Below, in pieces: positions 18,820 to 28,128 of a stretch of 64,000 nucleotides of DNA (its first letter is position 1; each line of letters starts with the position of its first letter). The position numbers and the translations under genes were made by a program. The stretch is from Desulfurococcales archaeon (lineage in GTDB: Archaea > Thermoproteota > Thermoprotei_A > Sulfolobales > Desulfurococcaceae), in contig JALVYU010000031.1 of NCBI GenBank assembly GCA_027022365.1, positions 416,001 through 480,000 on the forward strand. Direction: 5' to 3'. The notes under the pieces are model-generated. The model saw only the letters and a program-made list of their open reading frames with translations. It did no database searches and was not told where the DNA came from.

Positions 18820-20652
18820 CTACTTCTTCCCCTTCTTCTTTCCTTCCCTGCCAGCCAGCTTTGCGAGCTCGTCATGCTTTGCCTTGGCGTCACTCCACGC
18901 CTCCCTGGCAATATTTTTGAGGTCGGCCTCTCTCCTCACCGTCTCTGCGATGCCGCTGCTTATACAGTATTTGGCGTACGGCGTGGCCTTCCCGATCTCC
19001 CTGATGTAGCCCTTATAGATCGTCAGTGCCTCCTCAGGGGTCTTCGGGGCGGAGGACAGTATTTTAAGGGCCGCCTCATAGCCGCTCCCCACCTCGTAGG
19101 GAGCCGCTATCAGCCCAGCGATCTCAACTGCTACTCTGCCGAAGTGCGTCTGAACGGCGCCGAGGCGATCGATGGTGGCGAGGCTGTAGAGTACTAGTAG
19201 GAGCTCGTTCCACGTCAGGTTCTTCAGGGCGATCTTGCCGACGAACAGTACTCCGGGCTTCACAGCGCGGTCCTGGAGGAGCGCCTGCCCGGTCACGTGG
19301 AGCGCCTCGTCCACCGCGTTCCTCGTGAAGGTGAATGTAGCGTCTTCCTCCCTAACAACAGCGTAGTAGACGTCCCCCTCGACCCTGCTCTTCACATTAT
19401 AGTCTCCGCCCTGGACGGCGAACCCGTAGATGAGGCAGGCCGGGCATCTCCCACAGTACCCGACGCCCTTGGATCCGCCTGTGACGTTTACTATGCACTG
19501 CCACCCGCCGCCCAGCAGCTCCTCGAGAACCGCTGATGTCTCCAGCGTGTAGCTTATCCTGTCGAGCACCACGAGGGCTTGGGCCCCGGCTTTCTCGGCG
19601 TACTCTACTGCTTCCCGGCTGTGCAGCCTAACGTGTGTGGACATGAGCTTCTGCACGGTGTATATGTTGATCAGGCCCGGCCTCCCGGCCTCCACGGCGT
19701 CCCCCCTACCGTACCCGTAGAAGGTGATCCGGGCCGGGAGCTTGACGAGGTCTCCGCCGCCACTCCCGCTCTCCTCAACCTTGCCTACTACGGGCACATC
19801 CAGTGCCTCAAGGTGCTTCTCGATGCCGGGTATCGGCGTCGCCGTGGAGAGTATTGTCAGCGAGCCGCTCTCCGCGAACAGCTTGACCAGTGCCAGGCTG
19901 GAAAGGTAGTCCAAGAGACCCCAGGAATGGTACTCGTCGAAGAAGACGATCGGCTTGCTGCCGAGCCGTAGATTAACCGTTCCCAGCCTGGCAAGCCTGT
20001 CCTTCAAGCCCGTGATTCGGGGCTCCACCCCCTCGAGAATACTGGATATATAGCGCGCCGTCCTCTCGTAGTCGCCGTAGACGCCGAGCAGGACGTAGTA
20101 AAAGAGATCAGGGGTGGCGAGCACGACGCTGTAGTCCGGGTCAATCCTCATCAGCTCACCGCTGATCCTTACGAGCATGTCGAGGTGCCCCAAACCCCTA
20201 AAACCACCAGTCTCGCCGAGCTCCCCCAGGATCCTCCCGCTGATACGGGCCAAGACGAGCTTCTCGCCGCCCGGCCCCACATACAGCCGGAAAACCCTGT
20301 CCCTCCAATCACCGAACACGCTCAAACCATATCCTAGAGCCCTCTCAACAATATTCCCGACACTCCTGAACTGGTCATCCAGCAACTCATTACTAGGATA
20401 AAGACCTAGGCAGCCAAACCCCCTCAAGCCAGCCTCCCGGAAAACCTCATAGCCGAGGAGAAGACACAAAGACTTACCCGCACCAGTAGGAGCAGAAACA
20501 AGGACAACCCCAGGCCCAACACCACCAGAGACAAAACCACCTATAATGCTGAGAACACGCTCCTGAAAACCCCTAAGCCAAAAAGAACCAAACCTCTTAC
20601 CGCTCTTACTAACAAAAACACCTCCAACAGACAAATCATGCACCAACACCAA
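18820..20652 (-). CDS. In-frame chimera: N-terminal Cas3' helicase part fused to C-terminal two-thirds of type I-D Cas7 (Csc2)
   Basis: APTGAGKS, YPSNEL, TPD, DEYH, STATP, then CGRCPACLIYGFA, KSRV, RNAVDE, VKPG, LGAVQTHFG; junction near 19495-19515. Confidence 0.82.
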   Translation of the reverse strand: MVLVHDLSVGGVFVSKSGKRFGSFWLRGFQERVLSIIGGFVSGGVGPGVVLVSAPTGAGKSLCLLLGYEVFREAGLRGFGCLGLYPSNELLDDQFRSVGNIVERALGYGLSVFGDWRDRVFRLYVGPGGEKLVLARISGRILGELGETGGFRGLGHLDMLVRISGELMRIDPDYSVVLATPDLFYYVLLGVYGDYERTARYISSILEGVEPRITGLKDRLARLGTVNLRLGSKPIVFFDEYHSWGLLDYLSSLALVKLFAESGSLTILSTATPIPGIEKHLEALDVPVVGKVEESGSGGGDLVKLPARITFYGYGRGDAVEAGRPGLINIYTVQKLMSTHVRLHSREAVEYAEKAGAQALVVLDRISYTLETSAVLEELLGGGWQCIVNVTGGSKGVGYCGRCPACLIYGFAVQGGDYNVKSRVEGDVYYAVVREEDATFTFTRNAVDEALHVTGQALLQDRAVKPGVLFVGKIALKNLTWNELLLVLYSLATIDRLGAVQTHFGRVAVEIAGLIAAPYEVGSGYEAALKILSSAPKTPEEALTIYKGYIREIGKATPYAKYCISSGIAETVRREADLKNIAREAWSDAKAKHDELAKLAGREGKKKGKK

Positions 20653-20654
20653 GA

Positions 20655-20818
20655 CAAGACAACCCCCACCTTATTCTCTGTTAATTATTGCTTAACACTT
20701 TATCGCTGATCTATACCAACCGGTTTATGGATGCTCTCATTGGGCCAGTGGATCGTTGGTGGGAGTACCCAGAGCAAAACATAAAATATTAAAACAACCA
20801 AATAAACAAACAAAAACG
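20655..20818. repeat. Leader/bidirectional promoter, right copy of inverted repeat
   Basis: Shares perfect 42-bp and 45-bp blocks with the reverse complement of 17001-17163. Confidence 0.9.
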
Positions 20819-21065
20819 GTTACAAACAGATAGAACTGAAAGTTTATCCGTTATCCCCTTGATCTCCTTATCTATTTTTCCTATCTCTACTGTTACAAAC
20901 AGATAGAACTGAAAGTCATTATATCGCTCTTGCTCTTCAGCAGCGCCTTCAGCTCGTCCCTCATAGAAACAAACAGATAGAACTGAAAGCGTCTACGGCA
21001 TGAGCATATGGGAGACCCCGGAGCACGAGACCCTCTACACGGATACAAACAGATAAAACTGAAAG
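20819..21065 (+). CRISPR. Mini CRISPR array 2: 4 repeats (GWWACAAACAGATARAACTGAAAG), 3 spacers of 49, 50, 52 nt
   Basis: Repeats at 20819, 20892, 20966, 21042. Confidence 0.92.
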
Positions 21066-21161
21066 TGTTCCTGTTTTCGGGCTTCGTGATACTAATAATA
21101 GGGTGGGTGCTCCATATCACTTGGTGTGATGGTTAAGGATTGGTGGCGTGAGTGGGTCGTT

Positions 21162-22277
21162 ATGGGTGGCCGGATAGCTCTTCTCCATGCGTTCATGGAT
21201 ATTCTCGGCGGCGGCGAGTATCTTATGTTGCAGATGGCTGTTGCTCTGCGTAGGGTGAACTATGACTTGGACCTGTACACGGTCACGCCTCCTCCGTGGC
21301 GGGATATTGAGCGGATATTCGGGATAAGGGATCCGGAGAAGCTGTTCCGCCGTGTCCATGTCCATGAGGAGCTGAACCCGTTCCGGTTTGGGCGCGGCAG
21401 GTTTGTCCGGCTGAAGCGTCTCCTAGCCTATCATGGCTTCTTCAAGATGTTTAACCGTGAGCGCCTTAGGGACATGTATGACTTGATCGTGGACACGCAG
21501 AGCAATACGGCGTCACCGGTTGATCTCGCCTACATACACTACCCTGTGATAGCGGAGACGTACTCGAAGAAGACCCCCCTCTACGACGCCTACAGCGTCC
21601 TTGTCAAGCTACTCTACCGTCTATGGTTCGGCAAACCTATGAGCAGATTAATAGCAACCAACTCATCTTGGACGGCGAGAATCATAAAGAAATACTATGG
21701 GGTCGAGGCACATGTCCTGCACCCGCCCGTGGACACGAGCGCTTTCCAGGGGAGATGCGGTGGTCCTAGGGAGAAAATAATAGTCACACTATCGCGTCTG
21801 ACCCCGGAGAAGAACATCCCGGCAGTATCCGTAGTCGCATCCATGCTGCCGGGGTACCGCTACATAGTCATGGGGAGGCCCGACGACCGCCGCGTATACG
21901 AGGAGCTCGTCGGGATCCCGGGGCTCGAGGTCCTAACAGATCTGCCCAGGGAGGAAGTGGCGGGGATACTCTGCAGGGCAAAATACTATGTACACCCCCC
22001 GTTCAGGGAGCACTTCGGCATAGCCGTCGTGGAGGCCATGGCGGCAGGTCTGGTTCCATTCGTCTACTATGACAGCGGCTCCTGCACCGACATAGTCTCC
22101 CGTGTCGATAGCCGCCTATGCTATAAGGACGTATCAGAAGTGCCGCGCATGATAAAGTGGATCGAGGAGAAAGGCCTATGGGAGGAGCTGAGCGTGAAGG
22201 CCGGAAGAGCGGCAGAGATGTTTAGTGTGGAGCGCTTCTACGACCGTGTGGCGAGGTTCTTCTCAACACTCTTATAA
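21162..22277 (+). CDS. GT4 (GT-B) glycosyltransferase, ALG11-like
   Basis: GGGE, TNSSWT, VLHPPVD, SRLTPEK, EHFGIAVVEAMAAG. Confidence 0.9.
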   Translation: MGGRIALLHAFMDILGGGEYLMLQMAVALRRVNYDLDLYTVTPPPWRDIERIFGIRDPEKLFRRVHVHEELNPFRFGRGRFVRLKRLLAYHGFFKMFNRERLRDMYDLIVDTQSNTASPVDLAYIHYPVIAETYSKKTPLYDAYSVLVKLLYRLWFGKPMSRLIATNSSWTARIIKKYYGVEAHVLHPPVDTSAFQGRCGGPREKIIVTLSRLTPEKNIPAVSVVASMLPGYRYIVMGRPDDRRVYEELVGIPGLEVLTDLPREEVAGILCRAKYYVHPPFREHFGIAVVEAMAAGLVPFVYYDSGSCTDIVSRVDSRLCYKDVSEVPRMIKWIEEKGLWEELSVKAGRAAEMFSVERFYDRVARFFSTLL

Positions 22278-22340
22278 CCTCCTAGCAAGAACTATATTTG
22301 AACAGCTTATTCATCACCATAATAGACGAGATGAATAGTT

Positions 22341-22949
22341 TTGCAGAACGACTACCTGTCATGGCGTGAGGGCCTAATAGACCGTACAGAGTACCTTGAC
22401 ATACTCTACGCGCTGAAGAGCATCGGCGCCGGAAGAGATGATCCCGTGTTCGAGCTCTGCGCTGGGGCGGGGGGCCTTATACGCTTCCTCCGCGGCAAGG
22501 GCTACAGGCGTGTCAGCGGCTGTGATATCCGCGGCGACGGCGGAGCTGTCCTTACATGTGATCTGAATAAGGGGTTGCCGGGCTACGCGGTGGCGAAGTA
22601 CTATGTTTTCCAGCACTGCCTGGAGCACCTGGATCAGGAGGCCGCGGAGAATATTTTGAGGGAGTGTATGAGGCGGGGCGAGGGCGTTGTTGGCATTCTG
22701 CCGGGCCACATGGTCGGTGACCCGACACACGTCGTGAACCACTACCACTACGAAGAAGTTATGAAACTAGCTAGAGCGAGCAAAGCAGAGTATGTCGTCG
22801 TAGTACCCGATATGGCGAGCTACGTCCACCCGGAGAGCCGGGACTGGCTCCTGGTGCTCAGCCACCACCCCTTCAAGCTGAAGAGACCATGGTGGTTTGT
22901 TCTAGCACATCGATTTATGAGGCGGATGCTCGGGGCGGCGACAAGATGA
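22341..22949 (+). CDS. Class I SAM-dependent methyltransferase
   Basis: VFELCAGAG, GCDI, HCLEHL, DPTH. Confidence 0.8.
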   Translation: MQNDYLSWREGLIDRTEYLDILYALKSIGAGRDDPVFELCAGAGGLIRFLRGKGYRRVSGCDIRGDGGAVLTCDLNKGLPGYAVAKYYVFQHCLEHLDQEAAENILRECMRRGEGVVGILPGHMVGDPTHVVNHYHYEEVMKLARASKAEYVVVVPDMASYVHPESRDWLLVLSHHPFKLKRPWWFVLAHRFMRRMLGAATR

Positions 22950-23845
22950 AGAAGCACGCTGTATTCATAATAGGTTTCCCACGCACCGCTACAACTGGTC
23001 TGTATCAGGACATATGTGTTCGTGCACGTGGTTCAATGACTGTAGCGAGATATAGATCGCCTATATGCATTCACGAGCCGTTCAACCCGGAGGTCGTGGA
23101 AGATATACTCGAAAGAGGTGTGCACAGGCACGACCGTGTCGGCGGGGTCATCAATACATATGATCTCCTGCCTCCGGAAATACTCGGGGAAATAAGGAGC
23201 AATGCGGACTGGCTGGAGGGCTTCATGAAGCACGGGGAGCCCTACTTGGGCCGAGGCTGGCGCAGGATCCTCGACAAGCTATTGGAGTATGCCGAGAAAA
23301 ACAACATGTTATTGATAATCAAGGACGTGTATGCCTGGCCCCGTTTAGGGGAGCTGATAAGAATATATGGTGACCGCGCAGTATTCGTTGTTCCTCTGAG
23401 GAACAGATTCTATGTTCTCCGCAGCCTCAGGAGATGGTTAGAGAGAAGAAGCCGCGTGAAATTATTCAGATGGGCTGATCCAAGGAAGCTCATAGATGCT
23501 AGAAGAGTTGTTAGATATATACGGTACTATATACGTTCACGCCGTGTTATTCAAGCAAACCATATGTTTAGTCTCGCACATTTCTTCAAGTTTTTCTACA
23601 GGCGTATACTTGATAATAGCCTGCCCCCACACGTATTGCTGGAGCTGTATCTTCATAGTACGTACAGCATATATGAGGGACTATGTAGAGCATTCGCTAC
23701 ATGTATTATAAGGCCGGACAGGTTATGCGAAGGAACAAGCACGGGCAGGGTCTTTCCAACAGCGAGAGTTATATCCCCGGTCTTCGAGGACAAGCTAGGC
23801 GATGAACAGCTGAAAGCCGTGGAGCAACTGGTAATTATGGACTAA
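22946..23845 (+). CDS. Sulfotransferase-like P-loop protein
   Basis: IIGFPRTATT (PAPS 5'-PSB-like), HEPFN, IKD, LRN...S; ATGA overlap with upstream gene. Confidence 0.7.
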   Translation: MKKHAVFIIGFPRTATTGLYQDICVRARGSMTVARYRSPICIHEPFNPEVVEDILERGVHRHDRVGGVINTYDLLPPEILGEIRSNADWLEGFMKHGEPYLGRGWRRILDKLLEYAEKNNMLLIIKDVYAWPRLGELIRIYGDRAVFVVPLRNRFYVLRSLRRWLERRSRVKLFRWADPRKLIDARRVVRYIRYYIRSRRVIQANHMFSLAHFFKFFYRRILDNSLPPHVLLELYLHSTYSIYEGLCRAFATCIIRPDRLCEGTSTGRVFPTARVISPVFEDKLGDEQLKAVEQLVIMD

Positions 23846-24403
23846 ACAATAATAGAAAGTCACGGATATTCCTCTTATTGCGAGTTCCGGCGAGGAGATT
23901 TTCTGGTCTACGGAGGGTCTAGGTGGACATAGTTGCTTCTTCCACGCTCACCGCTATAACACGGTGTTCTATGCGTTCTTCCTACTCCTCCGGTAGTGTT
24001 TGAGCTGTTGATGCTGAGCACTCTTATCTCTCGTTCCACGGCCATACGGGTTCCTGCGCCGTGCCCCGATCTTTCCAGAGTACTGGCCTGGACAAGAAGC
24101 GCTGAAGCATACTTGGCTGTACCGGGGCACCGGTTCCAGGGGCTCGCTGATCAGGCGCTTCGATGGAGAGCGGCTATACACTGCTGTATCGGGGCGGCCG
24201 TCCGACTTGGCGATCTAGGGCTAGATACGCAATGAGATACTGTTACAGGCCTGTATAACGACGGCTAATAGAAACGCGCGGGCCCTGAGACTGTAGTGGC
24301 TTTCACTGTTTTTCTCGAGAGGGTTGTTTCTACTATGATTTCGGTGTTTCTATGTAGATGTGTTGCTATTGCCTACGTGTGTTCCTTGTTTTCTTTGTAG
24401 TGA

Positions 24404-24443
24404 AATAGATATCTTTATTTTGGACATATATCTATTGATATAT
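24404..24443. promoter_or_regulatory. Overlapping inverted repeats (operator-like) upstream of ABC operon
   Basis: AATAGATAT-N15-ATATCTATT and ATATATC-N4-GATATAT. Confidence 0.45.
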
Positions 24444-24476
24444 TCTGGTCGGAGATATCTGCCTAGGTGTCATGAT

Positions 24477-25481
24477 ATGGGTGCTGATCAAGACAGGTTC
24501 GCGATAGTTGTTGAGGGCCTGGTCAAGCGTTACGGCAGGATCGTGGCCGTCGATGGTGTTAGCTTCCGCGTCGGGTACGGCGAGGTATTCGGCTTCCTCG
24601 GGCCTAATGGTGCGGGCAAGACCACTACGATCCACGTGCTGGCCACTCTCCTCCGCCCTGACGGCGGCCGTGTACTAGTTGCTGGCCGTGACGTTGTCCG
24701 TGACCCGGTGGGTGTCCGTAGGAGTATAGGCGTCGTCTTCCAGGACCCGAGTCTTGACGGCGAGCTGACCGGTTATGAGAACCTGTATCTTCATGGCAGG
24801 ATCTATGGTTTGAGGGGTGGTTTGCTGGAGGAGCGTATCAAGGAGATGCTTAGGTTCGTCGAGCTCTGGGAGCACAGGGACAGGCTTGTCAAGTACTATA
24901 GTGGTGGTATGAGGCGCCGCCTAGAGATAGCGCGCGCCCTCCTCCACGGGCCCCGGATACTCTTCCTCGACGAGCCCACCCTCGGCCTCGACCCCCAGAC
25001 CAGAGCCCATATCTGGGACTATATCAGGAGGCTGCGCCGCGAGATGGGCGTCACGGTCTTCCTTACTACACATTATATGGAGGAGGCCGAGGCCCTGTGC
25101 GACCGGATAGCGATAATCGATCACGGCAGGATAATAGCCGAGGGATCGCCTGAGGAGCTGAAGCGGATGGCGGGGAACGATATCGTCTACCTCAAGATCA
25201 GGGAGGCGAGGCCAGGGGTATGCGGTTTCTTCGAGGATCTGGCCACGGAGTGCAGGGAGCTCCCCGGGGGAAGGATCGCGTTGAAGGTTGGGGACGCCGT
25301 GAAGTCCCTCCCCGGGATACTCCTCAGGGCCCGGGACAGGGGCTTGGAGGTGCTGGAGGCCAGCTATCATAGGCCGAGACTTAACGATGTCTTCCTATTG
25401 CTAACGGGTCGCGAGATCAGGGAGGAGGGCCCCATGGACATGATCAAGGCAGTGGTCATGAGTAGGAGGTGGAGGCGTTGA
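24477..25481 (+). CDS. ABC-2 exporter ATPase (DrrA-like)
   Basis: GPNGAGKTT, YSGGMRRRL, LFLDEPT. Confidence 0.93.
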   Translation: MGADQDRFAIVVEGLVKRYGRIVAVDGVSFRVGYGEVFGFLGPNGAGKTTTIHVLATLLRPDGGRVLVAGRDVVRDPVGVRRSIGVVFQDPSLDGELTGYENLYLHGRIYGLRGGLLEERIKEMLRFVELWEHRDRLVKYYSGGMRRRLEIARALLHGPRILFLDEPTLGLDPQTRAHIWDYIRRLRREMGVTVFLTTHYMEEAEALCDRIAIIDHGRIIAEGSPEELKRMAGNDIVYLKIREARPGVCGFFEDLATECRELPGGRIALKVGDAVKSLPGILLRARDRGLEVLEASYHRPRLNDVFLLLTGREIREEGPMDMIKAVVMSRRWRR

Positions 25482-26254
25482 GCAAGGCACTGGACGCCCT
25501 CATAGTCATGGCTTATCGCCAGCTGAAGCGCTTCAGGCGTGGGAGGGCGAGGATAGTCTCCAGCATCGTCAACCCGATCATCTGGATTGTTTTCTTCGGG
25601 CTTGGATGGAGCAATGTCTTCAACTTCCCGATGGCCAGGACGATATTTGGGGGCCTAGACTACCTGTCGTTCCTCACGCCGGGAGTCGTTGCCATGTCGG
25701 TGTTTACGGCGTCTTTCATAGGCGGGATAACCGTTATCTGGGACAAGCAGTTCGGCTTCCTCAAGGAGGTACTGGTGGCGCCGGCGCCCCGCTGGGCAAC
25801 AATACTCGGCAGGATAATAGGTGACTCCCTAATAGCCGTGCTCCAGGGACTCATAATACTGGGCCTGAGCTTCCTGGTGGCCCACAGCCTGAACCCGTGG
25901 GGGGTGCCGGCCTCGATACTCTACATGCTGATACTAGGCCTGGCCTTTACCGGGGTAGGCGTGTCGCTCGCACTAAGGATCACGAGCATGGAGGCCTTCC
26001 AGATGATCATAAGCTTCCTCATGCTACCACTAGTATTCCTCAGCGGGGCATTCTACCCGCTCAAATACATGCCGGACTGGATGAAGATACTGGCATACGT
26101 TAACCCGCTAACCTACACCGTGGACGGGATAAGGTACTGGCTGACAGGAGTATCGAGCTTCAACCCGTACCTCGACCTAGCAGTACTATCGGGTCTGGCC
26201 ACGATAGCCGTAGCAGTGGCCGCCAAGCTGTTCAGCAGAGCGACACTGGACTAG
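25469..26254 (+). CDS. ABC-2 exporter permease (DrrB-like)
   Basis: YLSFLTPG, FLSGAFYP, NPLTY; 6 TM segments. Confidence 0.9.
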   Translation: MEALSKALDALIVMAYRQLKRFRRGRARIVSSIVNPIIWIVFFGLGWSNVFNFPMARTIFGGLDYLSFLTPGVVAMSVFTASFIGGITVIWDKQFGFLKEVLVAPAPRWATILGRIIGDSLIAVLQGLIILGLSFLVAHSLNPWGVPASILYMLILGLAFTGVGVSLALRITSMEAFQMIISFLMLPLVFLSGAFYPLKYMPDWMKILAYVNPLTYTVDGIRYWLTGVSSFNPYLDLAVLSGLATIAVAVAAKLFSRATLD

Positions 26255-26370
26255 CCGGGCCGGCAGGGAAAAGATGGATATGATCATAGAAGCTGTTTTT
26301 CCTCCCTCCACCAACATACTTCTCCCGGGAAACACGGTGGCTGGAGCGGTGTTATCAGCTGAACCACATG

Positions 26371-27228
26371 CTATGCCGTACCAGTGTTTTCCCTCACTGA
26401 GATATATAGTGCAGATAGGATCATCGCCATGCCTATGATCTGGGGGAACGTGACGTGTTCGTGGAGCAGTATTACCGAGAATACTGTGGCGAACACAGGC
26501 TCTAGGAGGAAGATCATCGCCGTTGCCGCGGGATCCACGTATCTTTGCCCATATGCCTGCAGGATGAACGCCCCGTCAGCACATGCAACCGCCAAGTAGG
26601 CTATGACAAGCATTACATCGGGCGTGATTCTTGGCGGACCATATATGAGGAGAGCCGGGACTAGGAAGAGCGTGCTGGGCACGAGCTCCGCGTACGTGAA
26701 TGCTATGGGGTCCCTCGGCTTGTACTTGTCGATCAATATTATCTGGGCCGCCCACATAATGGCTCCCAGGAGGACTAGGGTGTCGCCAAGCCCGAAGCCT
26801 CCCCCGGGACTGGTTAGGAGGTAGAGGCCTGCAATGCTTAGGGCTAGGCTCGATGCGAGCCTCCAGCCATACCTTCTCCCCGCCACCGCCACGTAGATGT
26901 GGACGAAGACAACGTTGAGGCCGGTTATGAAGGCCGAGTTGCTCGCTGTAGTGTATCTTGTCCCCCATCCCTGGAGCCACAGGCCTAGAGCGAAAGCTAT
27001 TCCTGTGGCGAGGCCTCCCCGGACACTATCCCCTAGATCCCAGCTTCTGCGAACCCCTAGAACTACGTAGGGAGCGAGGACGGTGGCCGCTATGAGGCTT
27101 CTCAGCCATACATACGTCATAGGATCAACTGTGTCCACCACTACCTTTATCCCGGGGAAACTGCTGCCCCACAGCAGGACAGTCCCTAGCAGCGCCGCTA
27201 TACCTAAGAGTCTCTTGTCCCTGCTCAA
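26371..27228 (-). CDS. EamA/DMT family transporter
   Basis: LLWGSSF, TTASNSAFI, LLEPVFA; ~10 TM segments. Confidence 0.9.
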   Translation of the reverse strand: MSRDKRLLGIAALLGTVLLWGSSFPGIKVVVDTVDPMTYVWLRSLIAATVLAPYVVLGVRRSWDLGDSVRGGLATGIAFALGLWLQGWGTRYTTASNSAFITGLNVVFVHIYVAVAGRRYGWRLASSLALSIAGLYLLTSPGGGFGLGDTLVLLGAIMWAAQIILIDKYKPRDPIAFTYAELVPSTLFLVPALLIYGPPRITPDVMLVIAYLAVACADGAFILQAYGQRYVDPAATAMIFLLEPVFATVFSVILLHEHVTFPQIIGMAMILSALYISVRENTGTA

Positions 27229-27395
27229 CAGACATCATCACGTATTATGAGAGGCCTTCTCCCGACTAATAATGATGACGTGGTGGCCCAAGAGGCTTTG
27301 TAGGATGGGAGAATTGACGTGTTATGGCCTACTCGTGGATGATCGTTGGAGATAAAAAATATTATGTTGGACGCCATGCTACGTGGTTTTGGCTG

Positions 27396-27959
27396 TCAGA
27401 AATCCCAGGGTTCCATTGGGGGCGAGTAGTTGAACCTAAAGACTATGCAGCTATCATTGATTCTCTCGGCGGAGCAGTATATTTCGTCGTAGAAGTCGAG
27501 GATGGGGTATACCTCGTCGTGTGCGAAGATATATGTTTCCTCATCCCTAGCCTTTATCTCTATGTCCGTGACTATCAGCCTTTCGAAAGGCTTGATCATC
27601 CCGCTGATCTCTACGTCATCTGTATGCATGGAGAGTATCTTGTCTATTATCTCGTTTACCTCGGTATCGTATATGTGGCCGAAATAGTAGTCCCCGATCG
27701 TTATCCGCAGAAACGCTGTCAGGAGGGATAGCTCGTAGGGGGTGAGCCAGTGGAAGTGGAGCACGGTCTCCGCAGTGGTTTTCCTGAAGACTTTCTCCAG
27801 GTCCTGGAGTAGATCTCCCGGCACGTTTCTCCCTATCTTCTCCCGTACTACCTCGTACACGGTCTTGGATACTTTCTTCTTCATGACCCCCTTGATCTCG
27901 CTGACTGCTTCATCGTCGAGGAATGGCCCGGCAGAGACTAGTCCTGACACGGCATGCAC
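27396..27959 (-). CDS. Hypothetical protein
   Basis: 187-aa ORF with host-like codon usage and upstream TTTAATAA box. Confidence 0.65.
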   Translation of the reverse strand: MHAVSGLVSAGPFLDDEAVSEIKGVMKKKVSKTVYEVVREKIGRNVPGDLLQDLEKVFRKTTAETVLHFHWLTPYELSLLTAFLRITIGDYYFGHIYDTEVNEIIDKILSMHTDDVEISGMIKPFERLIVTDIEIKARDEETYIFAHDEVYPILDFYDEIYCSAERINDSCIVFRFNYSPPMEPWDF

Positions 27960-28031
27960 CGAGAAACTAGTTATTGGTAATACACATTATATCTGTTATG
28001 TATTATTAAACAGTTTCTTTACACAATAAAC

Positions 28032-28051
28032 GTTATCGGAGCTCCGATAAC
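28032..28051. promoter_or_regulatory. Perfect 20-bp palindrome GTTATCGGAGCTCCGATAAC
   Basis: Self-complementary; matches GTTATC-N8-RATAAC also seen at 32699 and 36277. Confidence 0.65.
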
Positions 28052-28128
28052 TTGTTGCTAGATCCTTATCAATGATACAGATAGCTGAACAAAAAATACA
28101 TAGGGGCGAGAAGCCCCAATGATAGATG

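Noticed and set aside
17001-20818. Inverted repeat as transposon ends (CAST/casposon)
   Set aside because: No transposase, integrase or target-site duplication; the repeats are CRISPR leaders
23850-24300. Possible gene remnant or IS fragment
   Set aside because: Short broken frames with no recognisable motif
27272-27320. ATGATGA C-box suggesting a C/D sRNA
   Set aside because: No properly placed D'/D boxes
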